Shown here one piece after another: positions 17,481-26,802 of a DNA stretch of 64,000 nt. Positions within the stretch are counted from its first letter, which is position 1. Every line of letters starts with the position of its first letter. Under the pieces are notes generated by a model. That model ran no database searches and had not been told where the DNA came from. It worked only from the letters and a program-made list of their open reading frames with translations. Location: NCBI GenBank assembly GCA_963702895.1, contig OY969767.1, forward strand, positions 1,888,001 through 1,952,000, read 5' to 3'. The translations under genes were made by a program, and so were the position numbers. Origin of the DNA: an uncultured Elusimicrobia bacterium. Its GTDB lineage: Bacteria > Elusimicrobiota > Elusimicrobia > 2-01-FULL-59-12.

Positions 17481-19160
17481 TCAATTTGTAACAGCCCCTA
17501 ACGACGCCGAAGAAACATCCCGCGCGTATTTGGCCATCACGCCGGAGGTGTAGTGCGGCTTGGGCGCTTTCCATTTCTTGAGCCGCTTTTTGAGTTCGGG
17601 GCTGGGGATGTCCAGCGTGAGCGTGCGTTTGGCAACGTCGATGGTGATGCGGTCGCCGTTCTTCACAACCGCGATGGGTCCCCCCACAAAGGCTTCGGGA
17701 GCGACGTGGCCGATGACGACGCCGTGCGAGGCGCCGGAGAAGCGGCCGTCCGTCATGAGCGCGACCAAATCCCCCAGCCCCTCGCCCACGATGGCGGCCG
17801 TGACGCCCAGCATTTCGCGCATGCCGGGACCGCCCTTGGGACCCTCGTAGCGGATCACCACGACATCGCCGGGCTTGATCTGATGCTCTTTCACAGCTTT
17901 AAAAGCATCCTCTTCCCTATTAAAGACTTTGGCGGTCCCGGAAAACGTCTTATAGCTGTGGCCGGCCACCTTCAGCACGCAGCCTTCCGGCGCGAGGTTC
18001 CCCTTGAGGATGACAAGCCCGCCTGTTTCCTTAAGCGGCTTATCCATAGGGCGGATGACGTCCTGGCCGGGAGTTTCTTTCACAAGGGCCGCTTCTTGGG
18101 CAAGCGTGCGCCCCGTGACGGTCAGGCAGTCTCCTTTAAGCTTGCCGGCTTCCACCAGCCGCTTGACGAGGACACCGATGCCGCCTGCCCGGAAGAGGTC
18201 GTTGGCCACATAACGTCCTCCAGGTTTCAGGTCCGCGATAAACGGGGTCTTCGCGCTCACGCGGTCAAAATCATCGATGGAGAGTTTGACCCCCATCTCA
18301 TGGGCACAGGCCAAGAGGTGCAGAACGGCGTTCGTGGAGCCGCCCGAAGCGACGACACCCGTAATGGCGTTATAGAAAGCGTCTTTCGTCATGATTTGCT
18401 TGGGCGTGATGTTCTTTCGCAAAAGCTCCATGACGAGTTCGCCCGCGCGGTATCCGACAGCATCCTTGCCGGGGTCGACCGCGGGGACGCTATTGGCGTT
18501 TAAGGGCGAGACCCCCAGGAATTCGAAGGCCATCGCCATCGTATTGGCCGTAAATTGCCCACCGCAGGCGCCCGCTCCGGGGCAGGCGCTCGCTTCAAGC
18601 TCCAAGAGATCGTGCTCCGACATTTTTCCGGCGGCAACAGCGCCCACGCCTTCAAATACGTCCTGGATCGTGACATCCCGCCCCTTGAATTTTCCGGGCA
18701 GGATGGAACCGCCGTAAATCATGAGCGACGGACGGTTGAGCCGCGCCATCGCCATGACGGTCCCCGGGATCGTCTTGTCGCAGCCGGAAAGGCACACGAG
18801 GCCGTCGAAACAGTAGCCCCGGGCGGTGAGCTCAATGGAATCGGCGATCACTTCCCGGCTGATGAGGGAGGTCTTCATCCCTTCTGTCCCCATGGTGGTG
18901 CCGTCGGAGATCGCGATCGTGTTGAACTCGAAAGGCACGCCCCCCGCGGCGCGAATACCTTCTTTGACCTTGGCAGCGAGCTCCCGGAGATTAAAATTGC
19001 ACGGCATGGTCTCGATCCAGGTGTTGGCCACGCCGATGAAAGGCTTGTGCATGTCTTCTTCGGTGAAGCCGATGCCTTTAAGCATCGCGCGCGCCGGGGC
19101 CCGATCGAGCCCTTCTGAGACAACATGACTATAGGGTTTGGAATGAAATGCGGATTTCAT
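17481..19160 (-). CDS. ilvD: Dihydroxy-acid dehydratase
   Basis: PCN, SDG, CDKT, CPGAGACGGQFTANTM, GGSTNAVLHL, GPKGGPGMREM, TDGRFSG. Confidence 0.96.
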   Translation of the reverse strand: MKSAFHSKPYSHVVSEGLDRAPARAMLKGIGFTEEDMHKPFIGVANTWIETMPCNFNLRELAAKVKEGIRAAGGVPFEFNTIAISDGTTMGTEGMKTSLISREVIADSIELTARGYCFDGLVCLSGCDKTIPGTVMAMARLNRPSLMIYGGSILPGKFKGRDVTIQDVFEGVGAVAAGKMSEHDLLELEASACPGAGACGGQFTANTMAMAFEFLGVSPLNANSVPAVDPGKDAVGYRAGELVMELLRKNITPKQIMTKDAFYNAITGVVASGGSTNAVLHLLACAHEMGVKLSIDDFDRVSAKTPFIADLKPGGRYVANDLFRAGGIGVLVKRLVEAGKLKGDCLTVTGRTLAQEAALVKETPGQDVIRPMDKPLKETGGLVILKGNLAPEGCVLKVAGHSYKTFSGTAKVFNREEDAFKAVKEHQIKPGDVVVIRYEGPKGGPGMREMLGVTAAIVGEGLGDLVALMTDGRFSGASHGVVIGHVAPEAFVGGPIAVVKNGDRITIDVAKRTLTLDIPSPELKKRLKKWKAPKPHYTSGVMAKYARDVSSASLGAVTN

Positions 19161-19214
19161 GGAAGTCTCCTCTAGAAGAGTGTTCGGACAAGTCCCATTT
19201 TACTACACCCTCGC

Positions 19215-20753
19215 TCACGAAAAGTCTTTACGAAACGGCGGTGGGATTTGTTCCTTCAGTGAGGGGTCCTGACGTAAAGCCTTTTGGATCTGCCTTCGTC
19301 CTCCCTTGGACCGGCCGGCTGCCATAAGGCAGACGCCGTGATGAAAACGGAGGAGCGCCGATTCCGGACGCATCTGCCACGCTTCTGCAGAGAGCATCAC
19401 AGCGTCGTTATAGCGCGACTCATGCAGAGCGTCATTGGCTCCCGCTGTCGCGGCGGCGATGAGATTGTCCCGTATGGCGCTGTCGTGCGGCCATAAGTCC
19501 CTCGCCGACAAGAGCGCCGCTCGGGCCGACAAGGGATCCCCGTGTCTCAGATATGCGGTTCCCTGGTTGTAAAGCGCCAGCGCGCTCTCCGGTTCGACGG
19601 CCACCGCGTGGCTCCATAGCAGCACGTCGTTCTTCCATAAGCGGCTGTAACGAAAAGTCAGACTCCCCAAGAGGATCACCCCCACAAGACCCGCCGCACC
19701 AACGAGAGGAGATCGGTAGCGCCGCAAGAGATCCGCCAGGACAACGCTCAGTGGAAGAAAGGAAAGGTAGGTGTAGCGATCGGCCGCGAGCTGCCTGCCA
19801 TGCTGCGTGAGCCCCGACACCGGCAAGAGGATCAGGTGAAACGCCCACCAGGCTTTCCAGAGAAGAGGAGAGGAGTGGCGGGCCCGGAAACAGACAGCGC
19901 AAAGCGTGACCCAGGTCAAGCCTCGAACAAAGAATTCTGGCCGCATCCGCGTGACGTCCAGCGGCATCGCGTAGAGCGGCGACAGGGCCTCAGGCCACAG
20001 AGCTTTCTGGAGATAGAAAGTAGCAGAGTAGAAGAAGAAGCCAAGACGGTCGATGAGCGCATACGACCTGAAGAAAACACCCTGCTGTTCAAGACCCCAC
20101 ACGCCGATAGCGGCAAAGACGGCCGCCAATCCAATAAAAAAGCTTTTCCCGCGAACCCAAGCCAGGCACTGTCGTGGCGTGAGTATTTTCTCCAGAAAAT
20201 CCCCCAGCAGCATGACCCAGACCAACCCTGCGGCCGTTGCTTTGGACAGGAGACCGAACAGGAAAGCGGTTAAAACGCCTTTTCGCTGATGCAGGTAGAG
20301 GTGCCATGCGACCAAGACAAAAAAACCGGATAGGACATCGCGCCGTTCGGTTGCCCATGCCACGGATTCAACACGCAAAGGATGAATGGCCCAGAAAAGG
20401 GTGGCCATGCCCAGGACATAGACCGAAGACTTCTCCAAGAGTTTGCGAAGGCATAAAAGGAGAAGAACGGAACTGCCGGTGTGCCACAGAAGAGACGTGA
20501 GATGGAAACCCGCGGCGCGCGGTCCCCAAATACGGTAATCCACCGCCAGGCTCATCCACGCCAACGGCTGGTAAGGCCCCATGTGAAAGGTCGTCCACAT
20601 CCATCGAAGATTCTCGAGCGAAAGCGATTGCAGGTGGGGGTTCTTCAGGATTGCATCCGCATCATCCCAACCCAAAAAACCATTCCAGAGAACTGGCGAA
20701 AAACTGGCCAGGACAGCGACCGAGACGGCAAGAATGATCAAAAGCAAGGGCAC
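19215..20753 (-). CDS. TMTC-like membrane glycosyltransferase with C-terminal TPRs
   Basis: GWDD..I..NP, YQPL.W.S...D, AIHPLRVESVAW..ERRD, ADRYTYL, W.ND..LW. Confidence 0.8.
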   Translation of the reverse strand: MPLLLIILAVSVAVLASFSPVLWNGFLGWDDADAILKNPHLQSLSLENLRWMWTTFHMGPYQPLAWMSLAVDYRIWGPRAAGFHLTSLLWHTGSSVLLLLCLRKLLEKSSVYVLGMATLFWAIHPLRVESVAWATERRDVLSGFFVLVAWHLYLHQRKGVLTAFLFGLLSKATAAGLVWVMLLGDFLEKILTPRQCLAWVRGKSFFIGLAAVFAAIGVWGLEQQGVFFRSYALIDRLGFFFYSATFYLQKALWPEALSPLYAMPLDVTRMRPEFFVRGLTWVTLCAVCFRARHSSPLLWKAWWAFHLILLPVSGLTQHGRQLAADRYTYLSFLPLSVVLADLLRRYRSPLVGAAGLVGVILLGSLTFRYSRLWKNDVLLWSHAVAVEPESALALYNQGTAYLRHGDPLSARAALLSARDLWPHDSAIRDNLIAAATAGANDALHESRYNDAVMLSAEAWQMRPESALLRFHHGVCLMAAGRSKGGRRQIQKALRQDPSLKEQIPPPFRKDFS

Positions 20754-20790
20754 AGAGCCGTATTATAGGTGAAAAGGAGAGAGGCGAAAT

Positions 20791-20913
20791 TGGAGCGGGT
20801 GATGGGAATCGCCGGACAGACGACAGTCGGGCGCCCGCCGGACTTCTGGCGGGCGAACCCACCATCGCTACCTCTATAAAACAGACGGCGATGGCGTCTC
20901 AAGCTTGGGAAGC
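20791..20913 (-). repeat. tRNA-Gly 3' two-thirds duplicate (att-like) with two hairpin insertions
   Basis: Anticodon arm through CCA of the tRNA at 21649-21719, interrupted at 20812-20854 and 20863-20895. Confidence 0.85.
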
Positions 20914-20943
20914 GGTTGGTGTCGAAAATAATTCTGGCTTTCC

Positions 20944-21192
20944 CTACCAGTCCGATAGATCCTGGAAAAGATCTATTTTTTCACGACCGATGTTTCGGGA
21001 AACGGAACCGACAATATCGTTGAGCGTGCCACGGGCAATCTCTCTATGCATCGGTACGGTAATGGCATGCGTCCCCGACGCCGCTCTACGCTCCAATCGG
21101 ACATGGCTTCCCTTTTGGCGGTCCACAACTTAACCAAGTGAATCCAGCCAGCGAATCAGCGTGCGCCCCGAGACAACGGGCAGGCGACTCAT
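20944..21192 (-). pseudogene. hicA: HicA toxin with in-frame TAA at codon 21
   Basis: MSRLPVVSGRTLIRWLDSLG*VVDRQKGSHVRL...ITVPMHREIARGTL; stop at 21130-21132. Confidence 0.8.
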
Positions 21193-21392
21193 GCGGCGGA
21201 GAGTTCGACGAGGCTGACGATGGTAGGTTGAAATTCTTTAGAGCTTTTGCCGATGTGTAGACTCACGGCTTCCCTCAAGTTCTTCACCAATTTATCGAGA
21301 GTTTTCCCCTGCGTAAAGACGTCAATATCCAGACAGCGAGCGCACCAAAATTTGCCGTCGAAATATATATCAGCTTTGACTGGATGTTTCAT
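21189..21392 (-). CDS. hicB: Short HicB-like antitoxin
   Basis: WCARCLDIDVFTQGKTLDKLVKNLREAVSLH; ATGA overlap with hicA. Confidence 0.8.
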   Translation of the reverse strand: MKHPVKADIYFDGKFWCARCLDIDVFTQGKTLDKLVKNLREAVSLHIGKSSKEFQPTIVSLVELSAA

Positions 21393-21481
21393 AGGATCCT
21401 CTCTGTTGATGCATGTCCTTTTGTACCCAGAAGGGGCATCACATGATCTGCCGAATGATCAATACGCTCCGAAAGTAAATC

Positions 21482-21648
21482 TGGAGCGGGTGAAGGGAAT
21501 CGAGCGCCACACATCAGGCGCTCGCCCGACCGATGTGTGTCGGGCGAACCCACGTCTCAATAAAACAGCGGGTGATGGGAATCGCCCGACAGACTACAGT
21601 CGGGCGGGCGCCTGCTGTGTGGCGCCCGAACCCACGTCTCAATAAAAC
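21482..21648 (-). repeat. Two tandem tRNA-Gly 3'-half copies, each with a 44-bp T-loop insertion
   Basis: 39-bp junction repeat at 21546-21584 and 21628-21666; inserts at 21503-21545 and 21585-21627. Confidence 0.9.
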
Positions 21649-21719
21649 AGCGGGTGATGGGAATCGAACCCACGTCTCAAGCTTGGGAAGCTCGCATTCT
21701 ACCATTGAACCACACCCGC
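21649..21719 (-). tRNA. tRNA-Gly (anticodon CCC), CCA not encoded
   Basis: GCGGGTG-TG-GTTCAATGGTAGAAT-G-CGAGC-TTCCCAA-GCTTG-AGAC-GTGGG-TTCGATT-CCCAT-CACCCGC-T cloverleaf. Confidence 0.93.
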
Positions 21720-21749
21720 TTCGCTGGGTCCGGGTGTAGACCGTCTGCA

Positions 21750-21838
21750 GCCGTCATCCCGGCGGATCGTTAGCCGGGATCCATCATACACTTCACATCG
21801 TTGATAGACCCCGGCTGACAACATGCCGGGGTGACGAC
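21750..21838. repeat. GTCATCCC double-hairpin element
   Basis: Closely matches 8126-8213. Confidence 0.8.
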
Positions 21839-21908
21839 ATTCGTTTGTTCCCCTACACCCTCTTGGGTCGTCCTAAATATACCAAAATGGATTGAGGTAT
21901 AATTCGGC

Positions 21909-22583
21909 GTGCGTCAGAGTCCACACAAAGTCCTTTCTGCTGGTTTGATCTTGTCTGCCTTCCTGCTTCTCACGCGGTCCGCGCATGGTGAGCGCCCCAT
22001 GCTCCAGCACGCGCCCGAGGTCCCACCGAACGTCGACTTTGTGCGCTCCTTCGATGTCGATCTTTGGGCCGAGAGGACCAATTACGGCCCAGGGGCCCAA
22101 AGCGGGCGAATGCGCTTGCGCTACCTGGACCCCGACGTCAACGCCCTGGTGGGGATGGTCGCCGGCGTGAATCACTTCAATGATGACGTGCTCATCGGAG
22201 AGGGTGAAACCATGAATAGGGCAGCTTACCTGGTGAACTGGGGTGCTGTGTTTGGCCTTGTGCGAGGCCGCCACCTCTGGGAGCTCGACGTGATGGGGGC
22301 GAACATGAGCTCAAGGCTGGGGTTTGCCGCGGCCTTGGTGGGCGAGCACCAGCTCGCCAAGCGCCTTCTCCTCTACCACCGGACGGAACTGAACATCTTC
22401 TCCAATGACACGATCTTAGATGCCGACCAAGGCTTTTATTGGATGTGGAGGCCTTCCTTGGGGCTCTCGCTGGGCTACCGGTGGTTCACGTCCATGCACT
22501 CCGACCGCAGCGGCCCGCACGTCGGCTTCCGGCTCTACTTCCAAAGCCCCAAAATTCCCTTTATCTTCCCGAGCCTGGGTTAG
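21909..22583 (+). CDS. Secreted hypothetical protein, possible outer-membrane beta-barrel
   Basis: Signal ending SAHG; alternating strands such as LGLSLGYRW and GPHVGFRLYF; TATAAT at 21898. Confidence 0.6.
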   Translation: MRQSPHKVLSAGLILSAFLLLTRSAHGERPMLQHAPEVPPNVDFVRSFDVDLWAERTNYGPGAQSGRMRLRYLDPDVNALVGMVAGVNHFNDDVLIGEGETMNRAAYLVNWGAVFGLVRGRHLWELDVMGANMSSRLGFAAALVGEHQLAKRLLLYHRTELNIFSNDTILDADQGFYWMWRPSLGLSLGYRWFTSMHSDRSGPHVGFRLYFQSPKIPFIFPSLG

Positions 22584-23116
22584 TCCGAAATCCCATCCTG
22601 ACGCTGGCTGATCTCGAATTGGGCGAGAAGACGCGCGGCGTCATCCCCTTTGCGCTGGAGGTGAGCCTTATCAATTTGGACCATGTGGGCGGAGCCATGA
22701 ATCTGATCGATGAACTTGCCCAGAGCGCCCGAGTCGGATTCTGTCCAAAGCAGGAGCGTGGCGACCTGAGCGCTCCTGCCTTCGACGCGTTGAGGACGAA
22801 TGTCACTGATCTTGACACCGGTCTTCCGGGCCAAAGACGCCAGTTCCCGCAGAACACCGGTGGATCCCAACCTTTCGGCGTCCGACCGTTTTGAGGAAGT
22901 AGGAACATACCGCGCATATTCCGTTTTGACGCGTTCGCTCTCTGCCAACAGACGCTCATCTTCCGCGAGTTGGGCGCGGAGGGCCGCCACCGACGCGTCG
23001 AGCCGCGTCCACGCGGCGCGTACCGGAGACCAGACGCAGCGGTCTGCAACAGCGCCCCCGAAGGCCGCCAGGGTCAGAACGAAAATGACCCGTTCGCGCC
23101 GGCTAAGATCTCGCAT
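22580..23116 (-). CDS. gspM: GspM/PilO-like inner-membrane platform protein
   Basis: MRDLSRRERVI + TM + coiled coil + ferredoxin-like end; last gene of the T2SS cluster. Confidence 0.65.
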   Translation of the reverse strand: MRDLSRRERVIFVLTLAAFGGAVADRCVWSPVRAAWTRLDASVAALRAQLAEDERLLAESERVKTEYARYVPTSSKRSDAERLGSTGVLRELASLARKTGVKISDIRPQRVEGRSAQVATLLLWTESDSGALGKFIDQIHGSAHMVQIDKAHLQRKGDDAARLLAQFEISQRQDGISD

Positions 23117-24605
23117 GATCCCCCCTTCCTGTCTGCCGCAATGGCTCAGACACCAGCCGGCCGGAGAGCGTAAAGCCCACCACATCCTGATTTTGAACGC
23201 GCTGGGCCTCCGAGGACCGCAGCTCGACTGAGGAAAAAATAGGTGACCTCTGGAGCGTTTCGACCAGCCGGAGCGCGTCCGCCAAAGACAGGCAGGTCCC
23301 CTGGATCAGGACCGATCTCCCCCGCTCGAAATCCAGGGCCTGGAGCGAAATGCCGGAGGGAACGATGTGTCGAAGTTCCGCCAGCACCAACACGAGCGAC
23401 CCCCCGGCATCCATCTTGCCTTTGGCCGCGTTGATCCGCCGTTCCATGCGGCGCAGTTCACGAATCTGGGGCGAGGGCGTCGCGATCCTTCGCGTCAATG
23501 TCTCGAGTTCGGCGCGCCGGGCGGAAAAGCGCTGCCCCAGCGCGGCGCTCAACAGGAGCCCGAACAGCACCGCGAAAACGAGCGTCCCCATCCGTTCCTG
23601 GAGGCGGCGTCGCCGCGTCCTGGCCGCCAGATCCTCCGGTGATAACAAATTCAGTGATGGAGGATCGGAAAAAAACGGCCGCAGGCTCGCCGCGAGGACC
23701 GACGCATAGGCCCCCGCCACCGAATACAGCCGTTCGTCCTGAAACGTCAAGCGCCGCCAGGGGCGCAGCGTCTTGATCAAGCATCCCGGGACTTTCCGCA
23801 GGGCTTCTTCCGATGCCGCAAGATCCTTTTCCTCACCCGAAAGCCCAACCACCTGCGGGCCGGCGGCTGGAGAGACCGCTGTCTGCCCCAAGGTGGTCCT
23901 CTGGAGTTCCAACCGTAGCGTCTCGGGCCAGCACGCGGGCGTTGTCCTCTGTCCTTTGGGAAGTGCAACGCAGCGCGTCAAGCCGAGCGACGATCCTTCA
24001 AACAGCCCGAAGACGGCTGACGATCCGCGGATCGCCAGGACCAGCGGTCGCCGGTCCTCCTCTAAACCCGCACGGATCCAAGGGAGCACCATCCAGGCAT
24101 CCAGCACGAAGCGGTCCGGCTTCAAACCGGCTTCTTCAAAAACGGCCAGCGTGCGGTCCACATCATCCCGGGGCGCGATCGCCATCATGACCCGGGAGTA
24201 GCCCGCGGGAGAACCCTCCACACGTTGCCAGGCGAGCGCCACGTTGTCCGAAGGCAAAGGCGTCTGTCTCGCGGCTTGCAGGCGGACGATGGCGTCGATC
24301 TGCTGGGTATCCACCGCCGGCAAGGTCATTGTTTTCACAATGGCCTGCAGGTGCGGAAACCCCAGAACAATATCCTCCGTGGCCAGTCCTTTCTGGATCC
24401 ACCCCGCTTGGAGCGCCCGCGCCCTCTCGGAAATTGTTCCGTGCGGCAGAGTCCATTCCACGAGCTTTTCCACAACCGTGCGCCCTTGTCGGTGCGCCGT
24501 CTGTGCCGCGCGAACCGTTTCGCCGTCCAGTTCGACACCCACCACGCGATAGCGCTGGCAGGCCAAACGGCCCAGCGAACTCCGCAGAAAGGATCCCCAG
24601 TCCAT
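23103..24605 (-). CDS. gspL: GspL / PilM-PilN fusion-like protein
   Basis: VVGVELDGETVRAA actin-like start, single TM, VPSGISLQALDF..L.RSPIFSSV. Confidence 0.7.
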   Translation of the reverse strand: MDWGSFLRSSLGRLACQRYRVVGVELDGETVRAAQTAHRQGRTVVEKLVEWTLPHGTISERARALQAGWIQKGLATEDIVLGFPHLQAIVKTMTLPAVDTQQIDAIVRLQAARQTPLPSDNVALAWQRVEGSPAGYSRVMMAIAPRDDVDRTLAVFEEAGLKPDRFVLDAWMVLPWIRAGLEEDRRPLVLAIRGSSAVFGLFEGSSLGLTRCVALPKGQRTTPACWPETLRLELQRTTLGQTAVSPAAGPQVVGLSGEEKDLAASEEALRKVPGCLIKTLRPWRRLTFQDERLYSVAGAYASVLAASLRPFFSDPPSLNLLSPEDLAARTRRRRLQERMGTLVFAVLFGLLLSAALGQRFSARRAELETLTRRIATPSPQIRELRRMERRINAAKGKMDAGGSLVLVLAELRHIVPSGISLQALDFERGRSVLIQGTCLSLADALRLVETLQRSPIFSSVELRSSEAQRVQNQDVVGFTLSGRLVSEPLRQTGRGDHARS

Positions 24606-25549
24606 CAATCCATCTCCCGCCAATACAAAATCCGCGCCGGTATCGACTGGGCCGACGCCACCACCTGAAACTGGCGCACGCTCCGGCTGTCTTTCAGGCG
24701 CGCTGTCAGATGAAGGCGCAAGGTCGACGATTGCACGCCCACCGGCTCGCTGCGCAGAACAGCCGCGAACTCACGGCTTTCCCGTTCGCTGAGATACAGA
24801 TGGTGCCGCAAGGCTTGAACCGCGCTGTCCAGGTCCTGGAAAACGCCATCGTCCTCCGTACCTTCCCGCCCGTCACGGCCCTGCCGGAAAATCAGGATTT
24901 TGCCGGCCAGGCCGACAGAGAGCCCCAACGCCTCCAGCACACGGCGGGAGGCCGTATTGAGATTGACGTTCCCGGGGCCGTAAGTCGTCAGATAAGCGGC
25001 CGCGTCCTCAAATCGTTCTGGCGTCATGCCTCTAACCAGCAACAGTTCCTCCACGCTTCGGAACGGCCCCCGGCGCGGCGCATAGCCGGCGCGGGCATAA
25101 CCGTCCGCCCCGACTCCAGAGGCGCGCCATTCCAGAATGGCCGGGACCACCTCGGCGTTGGATCCCAGCAGGCGGCGGAGCACCGCCTCGGAGGCGACAT
25201 TCAAATGGACCCGCGCGGATTCGTCGTCGGCGCCATAGAAACCCTCGTGGAGCGCGCTGAAGGAGCCTTCAGGGAGCGCGTGGTCTTTGAAAAATGCGGG
25301 GTCGTTGTTCCAGCGCTGAGAGCGTGCGGTGTAGACGACGCCGCACCGGCGCCACAGGGCGGCGGTCTCCTGCACGGCCCGCCGGGCTGTTTGCGCGAGC
25401 CGCAGTTCGTCCCAGGGATAGTGGCTCAAGCGGAGCTCGATCCGGACGCGGCTCGACAGGCTGACCGACAAGAGCGACAGCAGTGCCAAAATCCAGATTG
25501 AAAGGATCAGGACGGACCCGCGAATGTCGTTCCTCCTCAAAACACCCAT
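24605..25549 (-). CDS. gspK: Minor pseudopilin GspK
   Basis: RGSVLILSIW, DESARVHLN, PFRSVEELLLVRGM, VNLNTAS. Confidence 0.85.
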   Translation of the reverse strand: MGVLRRNDIRGSVLILSIWILALLSLLSVSLSSRVRIELRLSHYPWDELRLAQTARRAVQETAALWRRCGVVYTARSQRWNNDPAFFKDHALPEGSFSALHEGFYGADDESARVHLNVASEAVLRRLLGSNAEVVPAILEWRASGVGADGYARAGYAPRRGPFRSVEELLLVRGMTPERFEDAAAYLTTYGPGNVNLNTASRRVLEALGLSVGLAGKILIFRQGRDGREGTEDDGVFQDLDSAVQALRHHLYLSERESREFAAVLRSEPVGVQSSTLRLHLTARLKDSRSVRQFQVVASAQSIPARILYWREMD

Positions 25550-26172
25550 GGCAGTTTGCTCCTCGAAGGCACACTTACCGTACGGATGAACGTCTCCGTC
25601 CCCCCGGCGTCATCCCGCAGCGTCAGGCGGACTCGGACGGCGGAAGGCATCGGCCCCGCCGGCGTTGATTTCCACTCCGGCCGCCACTCCAGGAGGGCTT
25701 GGGACGAAGCAAAGGCGTATTCCCACTCCAGGGTGGTGGCCCGCCGCGTCAGAGAGGTTTCAACCGCTTCCTCCGTCCCCTGCGGGGACAATCGTTGCTG
25801 GGATCTCTTCAAGACAAGTCCATGGCCTGAGGGTTCCAATCGATACATCACCTTCATAATCGCTTCCTCCGAATGCGAGCGCGCCGGCGTACGGCTCAGA
25901 CACTGGAAGACCGCAAAACTTGTTGTTCCTTCGAATGTGAACCATCCGACACCCGGGACGTCGATGGAACGGCGTACGTCGGCAGCAATGTGCTCCAGCG
26001 CCACCCGCGCTTCCTGGCGAAAGTCCGATCGTGCTTCCAGCCGGATCCAGAGCCCTGCGCCGCTCCGGAGCACGCCCGCCAGACTTACGGCGGTCAGGGC
26101 GGCCAAGGCTATCCCGATCGCCATCTCGATCAGGGTGAAGCCCGCGCCGCGACCCTTAGTACTGCCTTTCAT
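25537..26172 (-). CDS. gspJ: Minor pseudopilin GspJ
   Basis: MKGSTKGRGAGFTLIEM prepilin motif; C-terminal W....W.......PSAVRVRL; ATG lies within the MITE end. Confidence 0.75.
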   Translation of the reverse strand: MKGSTKGRGAGFTLIEMAIGIALAALTAVSLAGVLRSGAGLWIRLEARSDFRQEARVALEHIAADVRRSIDVPGVGWFTFEGTTSFAVFQCLSRTPARSHSEEAIMKVMYRLEPSGHGLVLKRSQQRLSPQGTEEAVETSLTRRATTLEWEYAFASSQALLEWRPEWKSTPAGPMPSAVRVRLTLRDDAGGTETFIRTVSVPSRSKLPWVF

Positions 26173-26428
26173 AGGATCGCAGCGGGTTTGGACGCCGAGC
26201 TTGCGGCGGAGGCAAGGCGCGGCGAGCGAGGATACCCGCAGCGGTATCTGAGCGAGCCGCAACGAAGCATCCGCCAAAGATCGGCGTCCCCGACGGGCCG
26301 AAGCGCTTTGGGGCTGCGACGGCGTCATTCGTCGCTCACAGACCTTCCAGGTATGCTCGCTCCTCATTCCTTGTCTCGCTCCCAAATCGCTCCGGCAAAC
26401 CCGCGGCGATCCTATGAAAGTCAGTACT
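26158..26428. mobile_element. About 270-bp MITE-like element with 33-bp inverted ends and flanking TTAG
   Basis: agtactgcctttcataggatcgcagcgggtttg vs caaacccgcggcgatcctatgaaagtcagtact (2 mismatches). Confidence 0.8.
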
Positions 26429-26802
26429 TAGTGCCGCGTGTAGATCGATTGTTCGATCGTATGGCCATGTCGTCCTTCACCCCACGTCAAACTCACCCGG
26501 TGTTCTTGTCCCAGGTGCGGGTCACTGCCGAGCGTCGCGTCATTCCACGAGAGCCGTCCGAGACCTGAACCCGCCCCGAGATCGGCATTAAGCTGGCCCG
26601 TGTAGTCCATTTCCACCAGCTGGCTTTCCATCAACAAGGTCGCTTCCAATCTCGTTGCGCTTTCTTCATCGACTCTCAAGGAGGTCCGATAGGACCGCAG
26701 AACCGCCACCAGGCCCGTGATCAGGATCACCAGAGACAGCATGATTTCCATGAGGATGAATCCGGCGTTGCCGACCGCCGCCGCGGAGCTATGATTCCGC
26801 AT
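26428..26802 (-). CDS. gspI: Minor pseudopilin GspI
   Basis: AGFILMEIMLSLVIL prepilin motif; position in the G-H-I-J-K order. Confidence 0.7.
   Translation of the reverse strand: MRNHSSAAAVGNAGFILMEIMLSLVILITGLVAVLRSYRTSLRVDEESATRLEATLLMESQLVEMDYTGQLNADLGAGSGLGRLSWNDATLGSDPHLGQEHRVSLTWGEGRHGHTIEQSIYTRH

Noticed and set aside
21482..21666. CRISPR array (39-bp repeats, 43-bp spacers)
   Set aside because: The repeat is tRNA 3'-end sequence, the spacers are themselves hairpin pairs, and no cas genes are present
26173..26385. 71-aa N-terminal extension of GspJ
   Set aside because: It is translated MITE sequence; prepilin leaders are short
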